This document shows positions 38,062-44,685 of a stretch of DNA of 44,685 nucleotides, in pieces. The position numbers were made by a program, and so were the translations under genes. This DNA comes from Candidatus Parvarchaeota archaeon (GTDB lineage Archaea > Nanobdellota > Nanobdellia > Parvarchaeales > Parvarchaeaceae), in the NCBI GenBank assembly GCA_023380585.1, contig JAMCRN010000014.1, positions 1 to 44,685 of the forward strand, written 5' to 3'. The notes under the pieces are model-generated. The model was not told where the DNA came from. It did not search any database and saw nothing but the letters and a program-made list of their open reading frames with translations. Numbering within the stretch: the stretch's first letter is position 1; each line of letters opens with the position of its first letter.

Positions 38062-38766
38062 CTATATACCCAAATCAGATATATTGTGGTTCTTTCCGTG
38101 CGACACACAGACAAGGTCAGGATTTATGTCCTTTATCTTCTTTATGCTCGACAGCAGCGAAACGTAATCGTCAAAGAATGGAGGAAGGCGCAATTTATCT
38201 GGTGCGCCGAACAGCAGATCCCCGACTATCACAGTATTTGAATCGACTAGATAGACGGATATGGAATCTTTTGTATGGCCGGGTGTCTCTAATATCTTTG
38301 CATTTATCTTCATCTCTGGAGGGAACACTCCCTCTTTAAGGAGCATATTCGGTTTTACGTACTGGACTCTCAGGAATTTCGACATTATCTTAATTAGACT
38401 GGACTGCAACTTTGCCTTTGGAGACTTAAGATTCTTATGTACCGGTAAGAGGAGCCCTCCGTCCCCATTTATATAATGGACACCGTTCTCGTTTATCGCC
38501 AGATTTGCATTGGAAAGCTTCTTTATGGAAGCTGCGCTGCCGAAATGGTCTATGTGCGCATGCGTTAGCAATATATACTTTATGTCCGAAACGGATTTTC
38601 CTATGCTGTTTATGTACGATATTATCTCTTTCTCTTTTTTCGGCATGCCGGTGTCTACGAGTATAAGGCTGCCGTCGGAAGCCTCTATTAAGAAAGCCTT
38701 TGATCTGCCCAAGTAAAGCTCATGTAAAGAGGGATTTATCCTCTGGCCTATTGGTTTATTGCCCAT
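38062..38766 (-). CDS. MBL-fold metallo-hydrolase
   Basis: LVDTG, THAHIDHFG, TPGHT, VGD, SHG. Confidence 0.9.
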   Translation of the reverse strand: MGNKPIGQRINPSLHELYLGRSKAFLIEASDGSLILVDTGMPKKEKEIISYINSIGKSVSDIKYILLTHAHIDHFGSAASIKKLSNANLAINENGVHYINGDGGLLLPVHKNLKSPKAKLQSSLIKIMSKFLRVQYVKPNMLLKEGVFPPEMKINAKILETPGHTKDSISVYLVDSNTVIVGDLLFGAPDKLRLPPFFDDYVSLLSSIKKIKDINPDLVCVSHGKNHNISDLGI

Positions 38767-38799
38767 TTCTTTAGTTTATTCTTTTAATATTTAAATCTA

Positions 38800-38862
38800 C
38801 CCGCTCAGCAGCTACCCTTTTCATCATTGGTTTTCAGAAGGTGTTCACTTCATCATAGCGGG
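38800..38862 (-). ncRNA. Box C/D 2'-O-methylation guide sRNA
   Basis: CCCGC-T-[C ATGATGA]-12 nt-[D' CTGA]-6 nt-[C' ATGATGA]-12 nt-[D CTGA]-GCGGG: all four boxes are consensus, guides are the canonical 12 nt, and there is a 5-bp terminal stem. Confidence 0.88.
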
Positions 38863-38863
38863 A

Positions 38864-39442
38864 TCATGGTGGGAGGGGAACGCTCGTACTTGAGCTGCTC
38901 TGGTTCGCAGGGATGAAATATTCAAGCAGATAAGTTACATTATCCCCGTAGATAGACTTAAGGTTTATGCTGTTCAATGAGGAGTAAACTGGCAAAGCCC
39001 TACCCCCAGACAATGACAGAAGCACCCAAAATGTCGGTTGTGTCGGACCTCTGTTGTTTATATTGAAGCATAGAGGTTTTATGAAGTCGTTAGAAACCAC
39101 GCAATTTATACTGCCTCCTGACAGATTGAAAGACATATTCTGGGATTTCAGCATGGCCTCTGTAAGCCCTAACATATTAGAAGAATTAGAAAAGGTTATA
39201 AGATCGGATACCGGTTGTGATAGAAAAGAAGATATTACGGAATAATTGACATTGCTTAGCGTGACCTGCTGGCTTGAGTACAGAGGAGAGCTTGAATTTA
39301 CCAGTACTCTCGGTACAAGTATATAGTAGGTTAAAGGAGTGCTGTTGCCAGTAGTAGGGATAAAAAAGAATATAGACCCTACAAAAGCTATTGCTATCAC
39401 TATAGAAATTATCTGCTTTATTCGTCTATTTACCATATTCAC
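38864..39442 (-). CDS. Hypothetical membrane-anchored/secreted protein (192 aa)
   Basis: Basic N-terminus followed by a hydrophobic helix; Ser/Asn-rich with one Cys pair. Confidence 0.72.
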   Translation of the reverse strand: MNMVNRRIKQIISIVIAIAFVGSIFFFIPTTGNSTPLTYYILVPRVLVNSSSPLYSSQQVTLSNVNYSVISSFLSQPVSDLITFSNSSNMLGLTEAMLKSQNMSFNLSGGSINCVVSNDFIKPLCFNINNRGPTQPTFWVLLSLSGGRALPVYSSLNSINLKSIYGDNVTYLLEYFIPANQSSSSTSVPLPP

Positions 39443-39454
39443 CAGGAGTATAGG

Positions 39455-40756
39455 TTACTTTAACAAAGAATAGCCGATGAGTGAGACTACAAGGATTATA
39501 ACTAGACCTATAAGGAACTCTGCTGGCGTGAGTATTATAAGAGCAAGCAGTAAAAGACCCACAAAAAGTCCGAACAGTATGCGTGCGTTGTCTTTTTTCC
39601 TAGTGTAATAATGCATGTAACCGAAGGCGAAAAATGTGAACGCTGCCGCGAATGCTAGAGCGCTTATTATTATTATAGGTATGTATATGAAAACCCCGGG
39701 GCCCAGCACGACTATGGACGAGAATATAGTTATAAGGACTATAGGCACGGCCACGGAGACCAAAAGCTTTAGATTGTCGTCTTTTACAAGAAATTTAGGC
39801 ATAAGTCCGTCTTTCGCCATGTCAGAAAGCGTATGATTAGACGCATTTATAACCGCGAAAGCCGCAGATAGTATGACTATTATCGATATGCCTACCACTA
39901 ATTCTTGAGTGGCTAAGCTGAATCCTGTGGATATGACATTAGCTGTAAATACGCTGATTGACGAAAGCTGAAGGCTCGTAAGGCTTATACCTGAACTAGT
40001 TTCATAAACGAAAAGTTGTACAAGGGAGTAAATGACTATGGCAGTAAAAATCACAAGTATGACTGCCTTAGCGACTTTTTCTCTGTTTTCTCCTCTATAA
40101 ACTATAGAAGCTCCTTCGAATCCCCCATACATCCATAGAAACAGCAGTAAAGCGAAGGAGAATGGGGCTATTACATAAGAAGGAAAAGAAAACGAAGTCT
40201 GGGTCAGGCGCACGCCGTGCGCAGATAAGGCTATCACCCCTATTACTATAAGCAGTAAGACGAACAGGATCTTCAGCGCACCGGCGAAATTGAGGGAGGC
40301 ACGGGTCTTTTTGTAAAACATTACAATCCACATGATTACAAAAAGTATATCGACCACGGCTATCGACATGTAGAGATTCATACCGAAGAACTGTGTGAGC
40401 TCTCCTACAGAAGCGATGCCTGCAGCGGTTATCGTTATGAGGAAAGATATCAAAAGAAGGAAGCCGAATATAAAAGAATATTCTTTGCTTATCGAATTCT
40501 TTAGAAATGTATAAGGGTCGTGGTTATGGGTTAGGGATATATCGTATATAAGCATGGCCAGAAGCAACGCTATGAAACCTGCAGCTATCACCAGATAGAT
40601 AGAAAACGGTCCGCCGTAGACCAACGATATGAATACAGGTATTACCAGCACTCCTAATCCTATGACCCCTGCCAGACCGTGTAGATACAGTTCAGACACT
40701 GAGTGCTCCTTCCTCTTCACGTTCTTTCTGGCAGTTTTCCTACTTTGCATAATCAT
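39455..40756 (-). CDS. APC-superfamily amino acid permease
   Basis: About 12 TM helices; GVIGLGV in TM1; WMYGGFE in TM6; MAKDGLMPKF. Confidence 0.88.
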   Translation of the reverse strand: MIMQSRKTARKNVKRKEHSVSELYLHGLAGVIGLGVLVIPVFISLVYGGPFSIYLVIAAGFIALLLAMLIYDISLTHNHDPYTFLKNSISKEYSFIFGFLLLISFLITITAAGIASVGELTQFFGMNLYMSIAVVDILFVIMWIVMFYKKTRASLNFAGALKILFVLLLIVIGVIALSAHGVRLTQTSFSFPSYVIAPFSFALLLFLWMYGGFEGASIVYRGENREKVAKAVILVIFTAIVIYSLVQLFVYETSSGISLTSLQLSSISVFTANVISTGFSLATQELVVGISIIVILSAAFAVINASNHTLSDMAKDGLMPKFLVKDDNLKLLVSVAVPIVLITIFSSIVVLGPGVFIYIPIIIISALAFAAAFTFFAFGYMHYYTRKKDNARILFGLFVGLLLLALIILTPAEFLIGLVIILVVSLIGYSLLK

Positions 40757-40780
40757 TAAAGTAAAAGTCCATATATAAAT

Positions 40781-42169
40781 CTATAAGTATTTGCTTTCAC
40801 GTTTTCCTGCTTCTGTTAACTTTACAAAACGGGCGTTTTTTCTGAATTCTTCTATATTTGCCGCGCCGAGATAAGTCATTGCAGATCGAAGTCCTCCTAC
40901 TAGGTTGTTTATTATCTTTATGGCACTCCCTTTATATGGTATGAGCATCTCCGTGCCTTCCGGAGTATAACCTCCAATGTCTACGTCCTCATCGAGCTTT
41001 AAGGCCTTTGAGGCGAATGCGTTTACAGAAGCCATACCGCGGTAAAATTTGTAGTTGGAATTTGATTTGGTGACTATACTTCCCGGGCTTTCGTCTGTGC
41101 CGGCTATCAGGCTCCCTATCATCACTATGTCTGCGCAGCCGGCCATTGCTTTAGCAAAGTCAGCAGACTTTGTTATCCCGCCGTCCGCTATTATCGGTAT
41201 ACCGCTCTTTGAGCACTCGATTATAGCACTCAGCTGCGGGTAACCCACGCCTGCTACGGTCCTAGTCAAACATGCTCCACCGGGGCCTATGCCTACCTTT
41301 ATACTGTCGGCACCCGCTCGCTTCAGATTTTCTACGCCCTCCTTCGTCGCTACGTTTCCTGCTATGACCTGGACATTAAAGGTCTTCTTTATCGACCTAA
41401 CCGCGTCTGCAGTCTTCTGCAGATATCCGTTAGCCACGTCGACGACTATGAAATCTGCTTCTGCTTCTATGAGGGCTTTTGTCCTTTCTAAATAATCGCT
41501 GCCAATCCCTACTGACGCCCCTACTATCAGTCTCCCATTCTTATCTTTCGAAGCATTGGAATAGCTTTCTGCTATCCTAATGTCCTTTGCGGTCATCATA
41601 CCTACGAGCTTTCCTTTAGAATCCAGCAGAGGGAGTTTTTCTATCTTTTCTCTTGTCAATATCTTCTTTGCATCTTGGATCGATATGCCCACCCTGGCGG
41701 TTATAACATCCTTTGTCATAAGGTCTTTTACTAGCTTTTTTTCGTCTTTCTCGAATTGAAAATCCCTTTTTGTTATTATCCCTACTAGCTTTCCCCTATC
41801 GACAACTGGAAAACTGGTTATGTTTGTCTCATCTACAAACTTCTTTATTTCGGCGAAAGTCGAATAAGGGGAGACAGAATAAGGCCGGCCTATCACCGCG
41901 CTTTGTTCCCTCTTGACCTTTCTTACCTGTTCTGCTTCCTCTTCTATCGTGCTAAACCTATGTATGGCCCCCACCCCTCCGTTCTTAGCCATGGCTATGG
42001 CCATCACTGCTTCAGTAACAGTGTCCATGTTTGAGCTCATTATAGGTATAGATAACCTTATCTCAGGAGTAAGATTCGAGGAAGTATCTACATCTTTACG
42101 AGACGAGACTCGGGATACCCTTGGGACTAAGAGAACGTCATCGAACGTAAAAAGCTCTTTTATATCCAT
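40781..42169 (-). CDS. IMPDH/GMP-reductase family oxidoreductase with CBS pair
   Basis: TFDDVLL.P, SNMDTVTE, CBS domains, GNVAT, KVGIGPGGACLTR, IADGGI, YRGMAS, PEG. Start ATG 42169 (MDIKELF). Confidence 0.9.
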   Translation of the reverse strand: MDIKELFTFDDVLLVPRVSRVSSRKDVDTSSNLTPEIRLSIPIMSSNMDTVTEAVMAIAMAKNGGVGAIHRFSTIEEEAEQVRKVKREQSAVIGRPYSVSPYSTFAEIKKFVDETNITSFPVVDRGKLVGIITKRDFQFEKDEKKLVKDLMTKDVITARVGISIQDAKKILTREKIEKLPLLDSKGKLVGMMTAKDIRIAESYSNASKDKNGRLIVGASVGIGSDYLERTKALIEAEADFIVVDVANGYLQKTADAVRSIKKTFNVQVIAGNVATKEGVENLKRAGADSIKVGIGPGGACLTRTVAGVGYPQLSAIIECSKSGIPIIADGGITKSADFAKAMAGCADIVMIGSLIAGTDESPGSIVTKSNSNYKFYRGMASVNAFASKALKLDEDVDIGGYTPEGTEMLIPYKGSAIKIINNLVGGLRSAMTYLGAANIEEFRKNARFVKLTEAGKRESKYL

Positions 42170-42292
42170 ACAGACCAGAATTACTATGATTTTTTTGATT
42201 AAATACCTTAATCTTTTATTAGGAATAATGCTAGCGTATATAGCCATTAAAATATTAATTTATATTATACCGGAGGTAGGATAATTTGGGAC

Positions 42293-42380
42293 GGGCCGAT
42301 GGCGCAATTGGCAACGCGCTCCCCTTGCAGGGTATGTCTAAGAACGGGAGAGACTGAGGGTTCAAATCCCTCTCGGTCCA
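42293..42380 (+). tRNA. tRNA-Ala(TGC) with 15-nt intron at 37/38 (42330-42344)
   Basis: GGGCCGA/TCGGTCC-A with G3-U70; CTCCC/GGGAG stem. BHB central helix CUUG/UAAG with CA^G and AA^C bulges. Confidence 0.95.
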
Positions 42381-42538
42381 ATAGAAACGTGACTTATTTA
42401 AAAGATTGACGTTTTATAGGTTTCGATGCAGGATCATAAAAATGACTCGATACATTTTAAATAGCTGTACAAAAAAATTTGTCTTTCGCAGACTAGGGTA
42501 TTAAAACGTATAAAACTAAGAAAAGCAAAACACCGTAT

Positions 42539-42796
42539 ATGAGAAAATTGACAATAGAACTGATAATATCCGCTATAATCGTGTCATTGGTAGAAGTATA
42601 TTTTCTGATAGCGGTAGGCTTGTTGAGTTTTCAGTCCTACTTCTCTCTTTTTATGATTACAGTAGTCCTTGCAGTCTTAGAGATATTTCTGGTATTTCTG
42701 GTGGAAGAATTGATAGTGCACACTAAAAAGCAAGTAAAAAAGCACATAAAAAGGATAAGACGCGGAATGGCCAAAAGAAAAAGCAGTAAAAGATGA
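42539..42796 (+). CDS. Small two-TM membrane protein with basic tail
   Basis: Two hydrophobic helices followed by a K/R-rich C-terminus; no family recognised. Confidence 0.7.
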   Translation: MRKLTIELIISAIIVSLVEVYFLIAVGLLSFQSYFSLFMITVVLAVLEIFLVFLVEELIVHTKKQVKKHIKRIRRGMAKRKSSKR

Positions 42797-42797
42797 A

Positions 42798-42871
42798 TGG
42801 ACCGGGGGAGATTCGAACTCCCGGCCTTTCGATTATCAGTCGAATGCTCCGCCTGGCTAAGCTACCGGTCC
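42798..42871 (-). tRNA. tRNA-Ile(GAT)
   Basis: GGACCGG/CCGGTCC-A; TTCGA-CT-GAT-AA-TCGAA; GGGAG-TTCGAAT-CTCCC. Confidence 0.96.
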
Positions 42872-42962
42872 TATCCAGAAAGAGGTAATTTTTTTATATA
42901 TAGATGACACGGGTGTTTATTTCAAAGTAAATATATAAATCTACAAAGTTGAGAGGGTTATA

Positions 42963-44153
42963 ATGGCGAAGAATATAATGATCTACAAGACAAAGAAGAC
43001 TCCTGTTAGCGAGCAAAAAGTAGAAATAGTCGAAAGGAAAGGGACTGGACACCCAGATTACATCGCTGATTCTATAGCAGAAAACTTTTCGGTAAGTCTT
43101 TCTAATCATTATATTGAAAACTTCGGGAGAGTGTTGCACCATAATGTAGATAAGTTGGAGGTGATAGGCGGAAAAACAGAGCCTGCCTTCGGAGGCGGCA
43201 AAATCATAAAACCGATATCTGTGCTTTTCTCCGGAAGAGCTACAGATGTAGTGAATGGACAAATGATAAAAGTAAAGGACATAGCGATAGAATCTGCGAA
43301 AGAATGGATAAAGAGGAATATAAGACACATGGACCCCGACTCGATAAAATGGATTTTTGAGACGGGCACAGGGTCTGCAAATCTGACAGAAGCTTTTTCC
43401 AGAAGAAGCAGGATAGGTTCTAACGATACGTCGTTCGGAGTCGGATATGCTCCGCTTAGCGATACGGAAAAGATAGTGCTGGAAACTGAAAGGTTCCTTA
43501 ATTCGGACGGGTTCAAGGCAGAAAACGCATTTTCCGGCGAAGATGTAAAGGTAATGGGTGTAAGAAGAAACAAAAGATTGGAGCTTACTATAGCCATGGC
43601 GTTTATAGATAAGTTAATACCATCCTTGGCAGATTATTTCGAGAAGAAGGACAGGGTCGTATCCATATTAAAAAACAGACTTGAGCAGTACACCGACATA
43701 TTAGACATAGAGATAAGACTAAACTGCATGGATGACAAGAAGGCAGGCATAAACGGATGCTATCTCACAGTTACCGGTACAAGCGCCGAGAATGGAGACG
43801 ACGGTGCGGTAGGGAGAGGGAACAGGGCAAACGGTCTTATAACCCCTAACCGCGTCATGAGTCTTGAAGCTGTAGCAGGGAAAAATCCGGTAAATCATGT
43901 AGGAAAAATATATAATTTATTCGCGATGAAACTGGCTAATGAAATAAATGATGGTTTCGGGATTCCTGTAGAAGTAAAGATGGTGGGAAGGATAGGAACT
44001 CCTTTGAGCGAACCAATAATATTAAGCATAGAGTCCCAAAAAAAGATAGAGACTGAGACCAGAAAGAAGATTATTTCGTTCGTACAAGAAAGATTATCGA
44101 AGATAGAAGACATAACAAGTGATATAATAAAAAGAAGGATAAGCGTTTGCTGA
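42963..44153 (+). CDS. mat: Archaeal-type S-adenosylmethionine synthetase
   Basis: [75 protein letters not shown]. Confidence 0.96.
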   Translation: MAKNIMIYKTKKTPVSEQKVEIVERKGTGHPDYIADSIAENFSVSLSNHYIENFGRVLHHNVDKLEVIGGKTEPAFGGGKIIKPISVLFSGRATDVVNGQMIKVKDIAIESAKEWIKRNIRHMDPDSIKWIFETGTGSANLTEAFSRRSRIGSNDTSFGVGYAPLSDTEKIVLETERFLNSDGFKAENAFSGEDVKVMGVRRNKRLELTIAMAFIDKLIPSLADYFEKKDRVVSILKNRLEQYTDILDIEIRLNCMDDKKAGINGCYLTVTGTSAENGDDGAVGRGNRANGLITPNRVMSLEAVAGKNPVNHVGKIYNLFAMKLANEINDGFGIPVEVKMVGRIGTPLSEPIILSIESQKKIETETRKKIISFVQERLSKIEDITSDIIKRRISVC

Positions 44154-44161
44154 TACCAGAT

Positions 44162-44685
44162 ATGGACGAATTTGAAACGCTTAATCTTATCAGATACCTT
44201 GAAAATATAAAAGGAAGACACACAGAACTAGTTACTGTATATATACCTGCCGGATTTAGCTTGGACATAATAAGAAGCCAGATACTAGAGGAGAAAAGCA
44301 CCGCCACTAACATAAAGGACAGGAACAACAGGAAGAACGTGGTAGATGCGCTGGAAAAGATAATAAATTCTCTTAAACTCCTAAAACAGACCCCGCAAAA
44401 CGGTCTTGTCGTCTTTGCAGGCAACGTCTCTGACAGAGAAGGCGTTTCAGATATAAAAGTCTGGCAGGTAGAGCCGCCTAAAAAATCCGACATAAGGATG
44501 TATAGATGCGACCAGAGGTTCATAACAGAACCGCTAAAAGATATGTTCCAGAATGAAAACACCTATGGTCTGATAGTCATGGATCATAGAGAGGCTACTT
44601 TCGGCATTCTAAGCGGGTCTAAAATAACCTCTCTAAAACACATAAAGTCTTTCGTCCCAGGCAAGATGTCCAAGGGGGGCCAATC
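44162..44685 (+). CDS. prf1: Peptide chain release factor aRF1 (3' truncated by window end)
   Basis: Hand translation MDEFETLNLIRYLENIKGRHTELVTVYIP...TATNIKD...NGLVVFAG...YRCDQRF...VPGKMSKGGQ. Absent from the ORF track because it has no stop in the window. Confidence 0.95.
   Translation, partial: MDEFETLNLIRYLENIKGRHTELVTVYIPAGFSLDIIRSQILEEKSTATNIKDRNNRKNVVDALEKIINSLKLLKQTPQNGLVVFAGNVSDREGVSDIKVWQVEPPKKSDIRMYRCDQRFITEPLKDMFQNENTYGLIVMDHREATFGILSGSKITSLKHIKSFVPGKMSKGGQ

Noticed and set aside
42170-42247. N-terminal 26-aa extension of the IMPDH/GMPR ORF
   Set aside because: AT-rich divergent promoter region. Family similarity starts at MDIKELFTFDDVLL (ATG 42169).
44071-44562. 163-aa minus-strand ORF
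   Set aside because: Antisense shadow of the aRF1 gene on the plus strand.

Overview
Compact archaeal chromosome segment, most consistent with an acidophilic DPANN archaeon (Parvarchaeota/ARMAN-like). This is an inference from archaeal-type housekeeping genes (S8e, LonB, class I CCA enzyme, archaeal MAT, aRF1), BHB-type tRNA introns, 'KSQSALEYMMTYGW'-type prepilins and acidophile-type accessory genes. Housekeeping content: Rad50 C-terminus, MUG/OGG1/MGMT repair genes, dcd, rtcB-archease-thiI, RIO kinase, LonB, Lhr, an IMPDH/GMPR-family enzyme, MAT and aRF1. There are seven tRNAs, three with introns. Features missing from the ORF track: a 38-aa eL41/eS32-like ribosomal protein, a near-perfect box C/D guide sRNA, a DUF488 remnant, the truncated aRF1 gene and an Illumina adapter remnant at bases 1-15. 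The most striking element is a 16-kb, tightly packed five-gene minus-strand operon (33858->17865) of Cys- and sequon-rich secreted proteins (815, 268, 195, 1147 and 2887 aa). Three carry class III (prepilin-type) signal peptides, two have internal hydrophobic segments, and the giant one ends in Thermoplasmatales-type surface repeats. It is a candidate host-attachment/penetration apparatus; that function is inferred, not shown. All family calls come from motif recognition, not database searches.
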